This document shows positions 20,211 through 29,824 of a DNA stretch of 64,000 nucleotides, piece by piece. Source of the stretch: Acidobacteriota bacterium (GTDB taxonomy: Bacteria; Acidobacteriota; UBA6911; RPQK01; JANQFM01); assembly GCA_041630155.1 (NCBI GenBank), contig JBFKLX010000002.1, positions 3,769 to 67,768 on the forward strand. The letters run 5' to 3'. The notes below the pieces were generated by a model. The model did not search any database. It was not told the origin of the DNA and was given only the letters and a program-made list of their open reading frames with translations. The translations under genes and the position numbers were made by a program. Each line of letters starts with the position of its first letter. The stretch's first letter is position 1.

Positions 20211-21363
20211 GCACCAGCTCTCCTTCCACCCAAGTCGTGGTGACCCGCAGCCGCTCGTCCAGCATCACCAGGTCGGCATCGGCTCCCCTGCGGACGACGC
20301 CCTTGTTCCGCAGTCCCAGCAGGCGGGCCGGCTGGCGAGTGGCCATCGCCACCAACACCTTCAATTGTACCGGAGCAGGAGGCCCGAACCAGTCCACCAG
20401 ATGGCGCAGCCCCTCATCCATGCGCAGCGCACTGCCGGCCAGCCTTCCCTCAGCGTCCCGGCAGATACCCCGACGCAAATGCACGGTCACGCCCCCCACC
20501 CGGTAGTCACCGTCGGTCATACCGGCCGCGCTCACCGCGTCGGTCACCAGGACCAGGGATTTCGGGCCCTTGCAGCGGGCCAGCAGACGGATCATCTCCG
20601 GATGCACGTGAACTCCGTCGCCGATGAACTCGGCCATGATTTCCGGCGTGGAGCCGAGCGCGGCAGCCAGCAGGCCGGGGCGGCGGTGGTGCAGAGGGTC
20701 CATCGCATTGAAGACGTGCGTGATGGCGTTCGCGCCTGCCTGGAAGGCTCGCTGGGCCATTTCGAAGTCGGCTGCCGAGTGCCCCAGCGACACGATCGGC
20801 AAGTCCCGCCTGGCGCTCTCGATCACTTCCAGGGCGCCGGGCAGTTCCGGCGCGATCGTCAGCTTGCGGATGGTATCGCCCGCAGCCTCGCGGTAGGTCT
20901 GGAGACCCCTGAGCGAAGGTGTCTGCAGCGCCTCGGGGCGGTGAGCCCCACGGCGCTCCGGACTCAGGAACGGGCCTTCCAGGTGAATGCCCAGGGCTCG
21001 GGCCCCGCCTCGGGTGGCGTCCAGGACGCTGGACAGTTTCCGCAGCGACGAGACGAGGCCCTCCTCCCGATCGGAAATCAAGGTTGGCAAGAAGCCGGTC
21101 ACTCCGTCGGCAGCCATAGCGGCGGCCATCTTCGTCAGGGCCGCCTCCGTGCCTTCGGCAGCATCCGCACCGCGGGTCCCGTTGATATGAAGATCGAGCA
21201 TGCCGGGGATGAGCCGAGAGCCTTCGAAATCAGCGTCCGACACCCAGTCGCCCAGGCCCGCGACCCGGCCGTTTCGGACCTTCACGCAGGCCTTCTCCAG
21301 ACGCCGGGAGGGCGTCAGAACCTCGCCCGCGTTGATCCAGATGGTTTTGTTGACACCCGACAT
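20188..21363 (-). CDS. nagA: N-acetylglucosamine-6-phosphate deacetylase
   Basis: 'DLHINGTRGAD', 'HLEGPFLS' and the C-terminal 'GADADLV' are NagA/amidohydrolase signatures. Confidence 0.85.
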   Translation of the reverse strand: MSGVNKTIWINAGEVLTPSRRLEKACVKVRNGRVAGLGDWVSDADFEGSRLIPGMLDLHINGTRGADAAEGTEAALTKMAAAMAADGVTGFLPTLISDREEGLVSSLRKLSSVLDATRGGARALGIHLEGPFLSPERRGAHRPEALQTPSLRGLQTYREAAGDTIRKLTIAPELPGALEVIESARRDLPIVSLGHSAADFEMAQRAFQAGANAITHVFNAMDPLHHRRPGLLAAALGSTPEIMAEFIGDGVHVHPEMIRLLARCKGPKSLVLVTDAVSAAGMTDGDYRVGGVTVHLRRGICRDAEGRLAGSALRMDEGLRHLVDWFGPPAPVQLKVLVAMATRQPARLLGLRNKGVVRRGADADLVMLDERLRVTTTWVEGELVHDARNGS

Positions 21364-21386
21364 GCCCTCTACTATATAGGAGGCTC

Positions 21387-23252
21387 ATGACTCGTCAGAA
21401 CACGGTCGCTTCTTATTCCGCTGAAAAGATTGAAGCCCTGGAAATCATGGCCAACCGCCTGCGCCGCCACTCTCTGGTGTCGACCAGCGAGGCCGGCTCC
21501 GGTCATCCGTCCACCTGTTTTTCGTGCGCGGAGATCGTGGCGGGGCTCTTTTTCCATACCCTGCGCTTCGACGTTCCCAACCCGGACAACCCGCTCAACG
21601 ACCGCTTCGTGCTCTCCAAGGGACACGGGGCGCCCATTCTCTGGGCCGCCTGGGCCGAAGCCGGCGCGTTTCCCCGCCAGAAACTGTTGACTTTGCGCCA
21701 GATCGACAGTGAGCTGGAAGGGCACCCAACGCCGCGCAGCCCCTGGGTCGACGTGGCCACCGGCTCTCTCGGCCAGGGCCTCTCGATCGCATTGGGGATG
21801 GCCATCAGCGCTCGAATGGACGGACTGGACAATCAGATCTACGTGCTCACCGGCGATGGCGAACTGGCCGAGGGGGCCGTCTGGGAAGCCGCCATGCTGG
21901 CCAGCTATCGCGGCCTGGACAATCTGACCGCGATTCTGGACATCAATTGCTACGGGCAGAGTCAGGCCACCATGTACGGCCACGACACGGGTGCCTACCA
22001 GCAGCGTTTCGAGTCCTTTGGCTGGGAGACCGAAGTGATCGACGGCCACGACATCGAACAGGTGATCACGGCGCTCGACCGCGCCGCCGCCCATCGCGGG
22101 AGTCCCTACGCCATCGTGGCCGGGACGCTCAAAGGAAAGGGCGTCTCGTTCATGGAAGACCGGGACGGTTGGCACGGCAAGCCGGTCGCCAAGGACGGCC
22201 AGTTCGCCGAGGCGTTGCGGGAACTGGGCGACGATCGGGATTTGCCAACCGAGCTGAAGGTGACGCCGCCCCAGGGCGCCGCTCCCCAGTCTTCGGCGCC
22301 GCGACCGGTGGAGCCCCCCGATTTTGCGCCCGATGAGAAGCTGGCCACCCGGCAGGCCTATGGCAAGGCCCTGGCCAAGCTCGGACACGCCAACCCTCGT
22401 GTGGTCGCACTGGATGGAGACACCAAGAACTCCACCTACTCCCAGGACTTTCTGGCGGAGCATCCCGACCGCTTCGTGGAGTGTTTCATCGCCGAGGGCA
22501 ACATGGTGGGCGTCCAGGTGGGACTGAGCGCTCTCGGCAAGATCCCGTTTGCCTCAACCTTCGCCTGCTTCCTGACTCGCGCCTACGACCAGATCCGCAT
22601 GGGCGCGATCTCACAGGCCAACCTGAAGCTCTGCGGTTCTCACTGCGGAGTGTCCATCGGCGAGGACGGACCCTCACAGATGGGCTTGGAGGACCTGGCG
22701 ATGATGCGGGCCGTGGCAGGTTCGACCGTACTCTACCCTTCCGATGCCGTCTCGACCCAGCGGCTGGTCGAATTGGCCGCCAGCACTCCCGGCATCGTCT
22801 ACATTCGCACGACCCGTCCCAAGACCCGGCTCCTCTACAAGAGCAGCGACTCGTTCCAGGTAGGAGGCAGCAAGGTGCTGCGCAGCTCTTCACAGGACAA
22901 AGCGACCGTCGTGGCCGCCGGCATCACCCTGCACGAAGCCTTGCAGGCAGCCGACCTGCTGGCCGCCGAAGGCACTCAGGTCCGCGTCATCGACCTTTAT
23001 TCGGTCAAGCCCGTGGACGAAGCCACCCTCCTCGAGGCCGTTCGGGACACCGGCGCCATCGTCACCGTGGAAGACCACTATCCCGAAGGGGGCTTGGGCG
23101 ACGCCGTGCTGGGAGCCATCGGCGGCCAGTCCTTCCGCTACCGCAAATTGGCGGTCAGCGGACTCCCCCGCTCCGGTCCGGCTCAGCAACTCCTGAAGAC
23201 CTTTCAGCTGAGCGCCTCAGACATCGCGGCCGCCGTCAAGGCGTTGCTTTGA
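21387..23252 (+). CDS. tkt: Transketolase (single-chain short form, about 620 aa)
   Basis: 'GHPS', 'LSKGHG', 'GSLGQGLS' and '[10 protein letters not shown]' are TPP-binding motifs. The Pyr and C-terminal domains are present. Confidence 0.85.
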   Translation: MTRQNTVASYSAEKIEALEIMANRLRRHSLVSTSEAGSGHPSTCFSCAEIVAGLFFHTLRFDVPNPDNPLNDRFVLSKGHGAPILWAAWAEAGAFPRQKLLTLRQIDSELEGHPTPRSPWVDVATGSLGQGLSIALGMAISARMDGLDNQIYVLTGDGELAEGAVWEAAMLASYRGLDNLTAILDINCYGQSQATMYGHDTGAYQQRFESFGWETEVIDGHDIEQVITALDRAAAHRGSPYAIVAGTLKGKGVSFMEDRDGWHGKPVAKDGQFAEALRELGDDRDLPTELKVTPPQGAAPQSSAPRPVEPPDFAPDEKLATRQAYGKALAKLGHANPRVVALDGDTKNSTYSQDFLAEHPDRFVECFIAEGNMVGVQVGLSALGKIPFASTFACFLTRAYDQIRMGAISQANLKLCGSHCGVSIGEDGPSQMGLEDLAMMRAVAGSTVLYPSDAVSTQRLVELAASTPGIVYIRTTRPKTRLLYKSSDSFQVGGSKVLRSSSQDKATVVAAGITLHEALQAADLLAAEGTQVRVIDLYSVKPVDEATLLEAVRDTGAIVTVEDHYPEGGLGDAVLGAIGGQSFRYRKLAVSGLPRSGPAQQLLKTFQLSASDIAAAVKALL

Positions 23253-23652
23253 GCCGCCCCGCAGCGGCCCCTTCGCCCGAACCCAACCATCCGCGCGGCG
23301 GCCTGGCGTGCTTCCCCTCGCCGAAGTCCCGGCCAGGCGGCGGGGCATCGTTCTTTGCGGGTGGGGCCGGCGGGTTTTTTCGAGTCGGCGCCACCCTCAC
23401 CCGCTCCTCCAGCTTTTCGAATTTCTTCTCCCCGATGCCCCGAACATTCAGCAGGTCCTCGATCTTGCCGAAGCGACCGTTCTTCTCACGGTACTCCAGG
23501 ATTCGCTCCGCCAAGGCGGGACCGATGCCGGGCAAAGACAGCAGCTGACTGAGGCTGGCTTCGTTCAGGTCGATCTTGGGCTGGGGCCCGGCCCAGCACA
23601 AGGACATCACCAACAGCACGATCGGACCCGGGAACATCATGGTTCGTCTCAT
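23236..23652 (-). CDS. comEA: ComEA-like helix-hairpin-helix DNA-binding competence protein
   Basis: TM/signal segment, then '[35 protein letters not shown]...[17 protein letters not shown]', a tandem HhH. The start is placed at MRRTMM (M18 of the track ORF). Confidence 0.75.
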   Translation of the reverse strand: MRRTMMFPGPIVLLVMSLCWAGPQPKIDLNEASLSQLLSLPGIGPALAERILEYREKNGRFGKIEDLLNVRGIGEKKFEKLEERVRVAPTRKNPPAPPAKNDAPPPGRDFGEGKHARPPRGWLGSGEGAAAGRLKATP

Positions 23653-23824
23653 TTTCGGCCTCCTCTCGAGGCGCCGCGGAATTGCGCCGCCTTCTTCATC
23701 CATTACGTCTCAGGTCGAAAATGAGCGAAATCTGGGAATCCCAAGCCCGAGGCTCGCGCCTGCAAGCGAGGTCCCACGTCACGAAGCGGAATCTTCAGGG
23801 AAACAGCGGCGAACAGCGCAGGGC

Positions 23825-24616
23825 TCAGCCGATCCAGCCGAAGTACCAACTCAGCAGGTCGTTTCCCCAAAGCACCGAAGCCATGGCCCCGGCGGCCAGA
23901 AAGGTCCCGAACGGGAGTTCGTAGAGGCGCCCCTTGCCCAAGGTGAGGATATAGGCGGCACCCAGCAGGGCTCCTGAAAGGGAGCCCAGCAGGATCGTCA
24001 ACCAGGCCATCCGCCAGCCCAGGAAGGCTCCGACCATGACCATCATCTTGATGTCCCCGAAGCCCATCCCCTCGATCTTTTTGAGCCGAAAGTAGAGCCA
24101 GGCCACCAGCCAGAGCATGCCCCCTCCGAAGACCGCTCCCAGGACACTGTTGAACAGTTGCGACGCGGCCGAGCCGCCTCCCAGGAACTCGGAAGCCTGC
24201 CAGGGCGCCGCCAGCAAACCGGCGGCCGCCCCGCTGAAGGTGATCAGATTGGGCAGCAGCCTCTCGAACAAGTCGATGAACATCAAGACGATCAGGAGGC
24301 AGAAGAACACAGCGTTGACGGCGAACACGACCGACAGCCCGAACTTCCAGTGCAGCAGCAGCAGGCAGCCTGCCGTCAGAAGCTCGACGACCGGATACAC
24401 CCAGCTGATAGCTGCCTGGCATCCGCGGCAGCGGCCCCTCAGGAGCAGATAGCTGAGGACGGGAATGTTCTCCCAGGCGCGGATCAAGCGCCCGCAGTGC
24501 GGGCAGCTGGAGCGAGGGGTGACGACCGACTGGCTTCGGGGCAGCCGGTGGATGCAGACGTTGAGAAAACTCCCGATCACGAGCCCGAACAGGACCACGG
24601 CCAGCGGCGTCAACAT
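23825..24616 (-). CDS. pilD: Prepilin peptidase (type IV leader peptidase/N-methyltransferase, A24 family)
   Basis: 'GLVIGSFLNVCIHRLP', the 'CPHCG...CRGC' zinc tetracysteine, and a multi-TM region carrying catalytic Asp residues. The start is placed at M23 of the track ORF. Confidence 0.9.
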   Translation of the reverse strand: MLTPLAVVLFGLVIGSFLNVCIHRLPRSQSVVTPRSSCPHCGRLIRAWENIPVLSYLLLRGRCRGCQAAISWVYPVVELLTAGCLLLLHWKFGLSVVFAVNAVFFCLLIVLMFIDLFERLLPNLITFSGAAAGLLAAPWQASEFLGGGSAASQLFNSVLGAVFGGGMLWLVAWLYFRLKKIEGMGFGDIKMMVMVGAFLGWRMAWLTILLGSLSGALLGAAYILTLGKGRLYELPFGTFLAAGAMASVLWGNDLLSWYFGWIG

Positions 24617-24822
24617 CCGCCGATTATACCGTGACCGGTTGGTGACTCCGGCCTCCCGGCCGACGATTCCCGGAAAGGGCACGCCCAGACGGCTCGAGCC
24701 TCAACCTTTTCGCGAACTGGGACCCGGGGAGAGGCGCCGCCCACACCCGGGCGAGGAGGAAGGAGGTGGGGGGAGAACAGGCCTCAGGAGGCGATGGCTC
24801 ACCCCCTGAGGCAACACGATGA

Positions 24823-25878
24823 TCAGAACGGTGGCTTGGAGCTGGGATCGTCGTCGGGATCGGGGTCGTCCGACCCACGCTTCAGGGTCGGCCGGTCGCG
24901 CTTCAGGGTTGGCTTGTCGCGTTCACTGCGATCGGTGTTGGTCTTGCGCTTGAGGGTCGGCCGCTTGGCCCCTTGCGTCTCGTCGCCTCCCGGCTCGGCA
25001 AGCTTGTTGTCGATCTGGACCAGCCGCGCCTTCACGCGGTCGAAATCGGAGGTGTTGATCAGGTACTCGTCCTTACGGGGCAGATAACTGATCTCCTGCT
25101 GCACGTGCTCGATCCGGTTTTCAATGGGCGGGTGCGTCCGGAAGAAACTGGCGAACTTGCCCGGCTTGTCCTTCTCCTTGGCCTGCAGCTTTTCGAAGAA
25201 ACTGATATAGCCGTGGGGGTCGATCCCGGTGTTCCACAAGTACTGCGTACCCAGCTGGTCGGCTTCGGCCTCCGACTTGCGGGTGATTCCCAGCACGGCC
25301 AGCGACAAGCCCAGGCCCAGACCTTGGCGAATCGCCACCTGAGTCCAGTACCCGCCGACGAAGAGGGCCGGAATGGCTGCGATCTGAAGGAGCTGGCCCT
25401 TGGTCATGCGCTCGGTTGCGTGGCGCGCCGTGACGTGTGCGATCTCATGAGCCATCACCCCGGCGAGCTCCGATTCATTCTCGGCTTCCAGAATGAGCCC
25501 CTTGTTGACGAAGAAATACCCGCCCGGCAAGGCGAACGCATTCACCTCGTCGGTGTCCACGACCTTGATTACGAAAGGCACCTTGGCATCGGAGTTGCGG
25601 ACGATTCTCTGCCCCAACTCCTCGACGTACTCCGCCACTACCGGATCCTCGACCAGGCGGGCTGTCTGCTCGAACATTTGGGCGTACTGCGCTCCGATCT
25701 GGATTTCCCGCTCCAGTGAGACAAAATTCGGGAACAAACCCGCCACCCGGCCGTTGATCTTGCGGTTCCCGATGTTTTCGACGTCCCCATGCTTCCGGCC
25801 TGCCAGCAGCGGTGGGCTTGCGAGCAGGATCAGCGTTAGAATTCCACCCGTCGCCTTTCCCAACCAACTAGTCTTCAT
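24823..25878 (-). CDS. Secreted M48-family zinc metallopeptidase
   Basis: Signal peptide. 'HEIAHVTARH' is the HExxH motif. M48/BepA-like layout. The C-terminal tail is basic and repetitive ('PTLKR' three times). Confidence 0.8.
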   Translation of the reverse strand: MKTSWLGKATGGILTLILLASPPLLAGRKHGDVENIGNRKINGRVAGLFPNFVSLEREIQIGAQYAQMFEQTARLVEDPVVAEYVEELGQRIVRNSDAKVPFVIKVVDTDEVNAFALPGGYFFVNKGLILEAENESELAGVMAHEIAHVTARHATERMTKGQLLQIAAIPALFVGGYWTQVAIRQGLGLGLSLAVLGITRKSEAEADQLGTQYLWNTGIDPHGYISFFEKLQAKEKDKPGKFASFFRTHPPIENRIEHVQQEISYLPRKDEYLINTSDFDRVKARLVQIDNKLAEPGGDETQGAKRPTLKRKTNTDRSERDKPTLKRDRPTLKRGSDDPDPDDDPSSKPPF

Positions 25879-26043
25879 TGAACCTTTCCTCCCGGTTCCT
25901 CGTGTCTCTCTCGATTATAGCCGACTACGCCCTTTCAATCAGCCCGTTTCTTTGCTAACGTCTCGATACTCTTTGGATGAGCGGCGCGGGGAGAAGTTTC
26001 AATGCAGCGCCGGCGCACAGCGGCCCGCTGACCCGGACGAACC

Positions 26044-27633
26044 ATGAAGATCCTCAACGTCGAGCAAATGACCGAGGTCGACCGGCTGAGCACCGAGAAG
26101 TGCGGGATTCCCTCTCTGTTGCTGATGGAAAACGCCGGCATGAACCTCTTCCGGGCATTGCGGCACACATTCCGCGAACACTTGTCCGCACAGCGCATCC
26201 TGATCCTGTGCGGCAAGGGCAACAACGGCGGCGACGGGCTGGTTCTGGCCCGCCAGCTGGTCCAGCGCGGCATGGAGCCTCGCGTGGTACTGCTGGGACG
26301 ACGCCAGGAGGTCAAAGGAGACGCCGCAGCCAACCTGAACATCTTTCTGGAATCCGGACAGCCGGTCCAGGAAGTGGACTCCCTCGAAGCGTGGCGGGGC
26401 ATCCAACCCGAGATGGCTCGAGCCGACGTGATCGTGGATGCGCTGCTGGGCACGGGACTCGGCAAGCCCCTGCGCGACTTGTATGCCGAGGCAGTCCGCT
26501 CCATCAATCAGAACCGCGCCTTCGTTCTGGCAGTCGACATTCCGACCGGTATGTTTTCCGACTCGCTGGAGCCAAGTCCACTGTCGGTCCAGGCCGATCT
26601 GACGGTAACCTTCACGGCGCCCAAGATCGCCCACGTGTTCAACCCCGACCAAGCAGCTATGGGCCGCGTAATCGTGGCGCCCATCGGGAGCCCGGAGTGG
26701 CTCATGGACCGGCCCGAATACTACCTCCAGCTGCTGGAGCCGGAGGAACTGTCCGAACTTCTCACCGACCGCCCCCTGGACACCCACAAGGGAGCTCTGG
26801 GGAAGGTCGCGGTGATCGGCGGCAGTCGCGGCAAAGCAGGTGCGGCCGCCCTGGCAGCTTCGGCTGCTCTCCACGCCGGCAGCGGCCTGGTGACCGCCCT
26901 GGTTCCGCGCGGCGCTCAAGGTCTGGTCGCCTCGTTCCTGCCCGACATCATGACCGAGGGGCTGCCGGAAACCGACAGTGGCGGCTTCAACCGGGAGGCC
27001 GCATCTCCAGTCCTCGAGATCCTGGCGCACATGAACGCGGCAGCATTGGGGCCGGGACTCGGTACTCATCCTGAGAGCTTCGACTTCGTGCGGGAGCTGG
27101 TCACTCACTCACCCGTGCCGCTGGTTCTGGACGCGGACGCCCTCAACGCCCTCGCTCAGGACCCCAGCAAGATCCGGAACGACAAGGGCCAGCCGCTGGT
27201 CCTCACCCCCCACCCCGGCGAATTCGGACGCCTGATCGGACGCCGCACCAGCGAGCTGCTGCCCGACCGGATCCGGCTCTCCAGAAACTTCGCGCGCCAG
27301 CACGGCGTTTGGCTCGTTCTCAAGGGCTTCCGAAGTTTGATCGCGGAGCCGGGAGGACAGGTCTACGTCTGTGACCGGGGGAATCCCGGAATGGCTACCG
27401 GCGGCATGGGCGATGTCCTCAGCGGGGTGCTGCTGCGCCACCTGGGGGAGCTGGATGCGCGCGGTTGGAACCTGCCCGAAGAGGTGACCTGGCCCGTGGC
27501 GCTGGGGGTCTACCTGCACTCGGCCGCCGGCGACCTGGCGGAAGAAGACCTGGGCCCGGAGAGCCTGACCGCCTCGGCTCTGATCGAGTACCTGGGCGAG
27601 GCTGCGCGCCAGCTGCGTGAGTCCTCCTCATGA
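26044..27633 (+). CDS. nnr: Bifunctional NAD(P)H-hydrate repair enzyme (epimerase/ADP-dependent dehydratase)
   Basis: The YjeF-N domain shows 'CGKGNNGGDGLV'. The YjeF-C carbohydrate-kinase domain shows 'GGSRGKAGA', 'THPGE' and 'GMATGGMGDVLSG'. Confidence 0.9.
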   Translation: MKILNVEQMTEVDRLSTEKCGIPSLLLMENAGMNLFRALRHTFREHLSAQRILILCGKGNNGGDGLVLARQLVQRGMEPRVVLLGRRQEVKGDAAANLNIFLESGQPVQEVDSLEAWRGIQPEMARADVIVDALLGTGLGKPLRDLYAEAVRSINQNRAFVLAVDIPTGMFSDSLEPSPLSVQADLTVTFTAPKIAHVFNPDQAAMGRVIVAPIGSPEWLMDRPEYYLQLLEPEELSELLTDRPLDTHKGALGKVAVIGGSRGKAGAAALAASAALHAGSGLVTALVPRGAQGLVASFLPDIMTEGLPETDSGGFNREAASPVLEILAHMNAAALGPGLGTHPESFDFVRELVTHSPVPLVLDADALNALAQDPSKIRNDKGQPLVLTPHPGEFGRLIGRRTSELLPDRIRLSRNFARQHGVWLVLKGFRSLIAEPGGQVYVCDRGNPGMATGGMGDVLSGVLLRHLGELDARGWNLPEEVTWPVALGVYLHSAAGDLAEEDLGPESLTASALIEYLGEAARQLRESSS

Positions 27634-28058
27634 CGCTCCACAGCCGGGACGCGGCCCAGACCCGCCAGCTGGGCGAACGAATCGGCCGCCTTCTCGAGCC
27701 TCCTCGGACCGTCCTGCTCGAGGGCCCGCTGGGAAGCGGCAAGACGGTCCTGACGAAAGGCCTGGTGGCCGGCCTGGGAGGCGACCCCGAGCTGGTCACC
27801 AGCCCCACCTTCGCACTCGTCAACCGGTACCCGCTGCCCGCCGGAATCTGCTACCATCTGGACCTCTACCGGCTCGAAACCGTCCGCGACCTCTATTCGA
27901 TCGGAATCGAAGAAATCCTGGGCGAGCAAGCCATCGTGGTCGTCGAATGGGCCGAGAAACTCCCCCTCACCGTCCAACACCCGCTGCGGATCCGAATCAG
28001 AGCGGAAGGAAACCAGCGCTGGTTCGAAATCGAGCCGCCCTTGGACGAATTGAGGTGA
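27630..28058 (+). CDS. tsaE: tRNA threonylcarbamoyladenosine biosynthesis ATPase TsaE
   Basis: 'LEGPLGSGKT' is a P-loop; 'SPTFALVN.Y' is a TsaE/YjeE signature. The start overlaps the nnr stop. Confidence 0.85.
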   Translation: MTLHSRDAAQTRQLGERIGRLLEPPRTVLLEGPLGSGKTVLTKGLVAGLGGDPELVTSPTFALVNRYPLPAGICYHLDLYRLETVRDLYSIGIEEILGEQAIVVVEWAEKLPLTVQHPLRIRIRAEGNQRWFEIEPPLDELR

Positions 28059-28250
28059 ACACGGTCCAGTCGTGAGGCGGGAATTCTTGCCGGTAATCGG
28101 ACCCTTCCCCGGCGGCTGGCGGAGGCCCCGCAGAAAAAAAGATTTTCACCCCAGCTCAACAACACAAACTATTGACGCAGAACGTCTTCCAGTGAATTCC
28201 GGAACCGCGATCCCGCCTCGGGACTTCGTGCACTTCAGATCTCGGACGTA

Positions 28251-28838
28251 ATGGTGAACAGGAAGGATGAGCCGATGAGTTGGGACCTCGAGCACGAATC
28301 CTGGATTTGCAGACGGAGAACCCCTCCAGCGGACCTCCCGAAGGTGGATCGGCCTCGGGGCAGCCCGAAGGCGCCCGCCGGCCCCCCCTCGTTGACAGCC
28401 GCCCGGCGTCCCCAGCAGCACGGGTTCCAGTTGTTGGATCTCATGCTCACCTGCCTGCTGGTGGCCTTCTTGGCCGTCTCGGGTCTTCCCTTCCTGCGAG
28501 ACCTGTCCCTGCAGCAGAAACAAGTGGCCGCCTGCGATCTGTTCGTGTCGACGCTCTCCCAAGCGCGTTCCCTGGCGATTTTCCGCAACCTCCCCGTGGA
28601 GGTGCTGGTCGAGCCGCCGGGACGTTTCGCCTCGAGCGCGCGCTTCGAGGGTGAGCCAATCGTCTGGCGTCTTCTGCCCGAGCCGGTCGTCTTCCAACAA
28701 TTTCCGCGCCGATCCGTGACCTTTCACCCGCGGGGGACCGCTGCGCCCGGCGGGACCTTCGTCCTCAGCACGGGCCGGGGCGGTTTCAAGATCGTTGTCG
28801 CGGTCTCCGGCCGCATACGCTGGAGCCGGCTGCGATGA
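28251..28838 (+). CDS. gspH: GspH/FimT-like minor pseudopilin (prepilin-type N-terminal domain)
   Basis: Prepilin cleavage motif 'G|FQLLDLMLTCLLVAF' (Asp at +5). The C-terminus 'VTFHPRGTAAPGGTFVL' resembles the GspH/FimT beta-domain. The true start may be an internal TTG that would give an 11-residue leader. Confidence 0.6.
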   Translation: MVNRKDEPMSWDLEHESWICRRRTPPADLPKVDRPRGSPKAPAGPPSLTAARRPQQHGFQLLDLMLTCLLVAFLAVSGLPFLRDLSLQQKQVAACDLFVSTLSQARSLAIFRNLPVEVLVEPPGRFASSARFEGEPIVWRLLPEPVVFQQFPRRSVTFHPRGTAAPGGTFVLSTGRGGFKIVVAVSGRIRWSRLR

Positions 28839-28860
28839 GAAATCAGCGAAGGTCAGAAAG

Positions 28861-29208
28861 ATGAGTTTCTCAGTACTCACGCGGCCAGCGGGGAATCCCG
28901 GCACGAGGCGCAGGGCCGGCTTCAGCCTTCTGGAAGTGCTCATCGCGGCTTCGCTGTTCACCGTGGCGGCGGGAGTTCTCCTCCATGAACTGGCCTTCTC
29001 CTACCGCCACTACAGCCTGGCTCGAGACGACTGGAAAGCTGCTTTGGAGCTCTGGAATCGAGCCGGTCGTTGGCGGGCCGGGGGTACTACCAGCACGTCC
29101 GAGAACGCCCAGATCCGGGGCCGAACAGCGCCCCTGCACCGGATCCGCTTCGAAACCGCGAGCGCCGGTCGAACTCTCACCTGGGAGGTGTGGCATGTTC
29201 ATCCCTGA
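28861..29208 (+). CDS. gspI: GspI-like minor pseudopilin
   Basis: Leader 'MSFSVLTRPAGNPGTRRRAG' followed by 'FSLLEVLIAASLF', a canonical G|F..LE prepilin N-terminus. About 115 aa, matching GspI size. Confidence 0.65.
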   Translation: MSFSVLTRPAGNPGTRRRAGFSLLEVLIAASLFTVAAGVLLHELAFSYRHYSLARDDWKAALELWNRAGRWRAGGTTSTSENAQIRGRTAPLHRIRFETASAGRTLTWEVWHVHP

Positions 29209-29824
29209 ATTGCCCCCATGCACAGCCGGTTGCGAGCCATCGAGCTCACCCTCCGCTCCCGGCGGTTCGGCCTCAATCGGGGCTTCTCTGGTGGAATTAC
29301 TGGTCGCTCTGGGTCTCTCGATTCTCTTGTCAACGGCTCTCCTTTCCTGGGTTTGGAGTTATCAGCAGTGGAGCGGCCGGCTGAGCCGTGCCCTGGAAAG
29401 AGACGAGAACCTGCGTCTGGCGCCCGTCCTGCTGGCCGGTTACCTGTCTGGGGCCGGCAACCAGCGCTGGCGCCACGGCTGGCCCGGGCTGGAATGGACC
29501 GGGGCTGGGCTCCACGTTCAGGCCGACATCGAAGGCCCGAACGGGTTTCCCGACGGGAAGTTGGAGGGACGATTCGAGCGCTTCTGGCTTCGTCAGCAGG
29601 GGCACCAGTTCCGTCTCCGGAGCGGGCGCGGCGGCTACCAGCCCCTCCTGACTCGCGTCTCCGGCTGGGCAATCGACCGGCCCACATCCCAGCTGCTGAA
29701 GGTCAGCGTTCAGGGGCGGGCCCTGGCGGCTCCGGGGCAGAGCCGGGTGGGGCTGGACGAGAGCCTGCAACTGGAGTTCTTCCTGCCCAACTTCCGTTCC
29801 AGCCTGTTCCCGGAGGAGCCATGA
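29195..29824 (+). CDS. gspJ: GspJ-like minor pseudopilin
   Basis: 'G|ASLVELLVALGLSILL' is a prepilin-type N-terminus with Glu+5. About 209 aa. The start overlaps the upstream gene's stop. Confidence 0.6.
   Translation: MFIPELPPCTAGCEPSSSPSAPGGSASIGASLVELLVALGLSILLSTALLSWVWSYQQWSGRLSRALERDENLRLAPVLLAGYLSGAGNQRWRHGWPGLEWTGAGLHVQADIEGPNGFPDGKLEGRFERFWLRQQGHQFRLRSGRGGYQPLLTRVSGWAIDRPTSQLLKVSVQGRALAAPGQSRVGLDESLQLEFFLPNFRSSLFPEEP

Noticed and set aside
29218-29820. 5' two hundred codons of the 634-aa track ORF
   Set aside because: This frame is Arg/Pro/Gly-rich junk that overlaps the well-supported GspJ-like frame. The real gene starts at the ATG at 29821, right before the prepilin motif.
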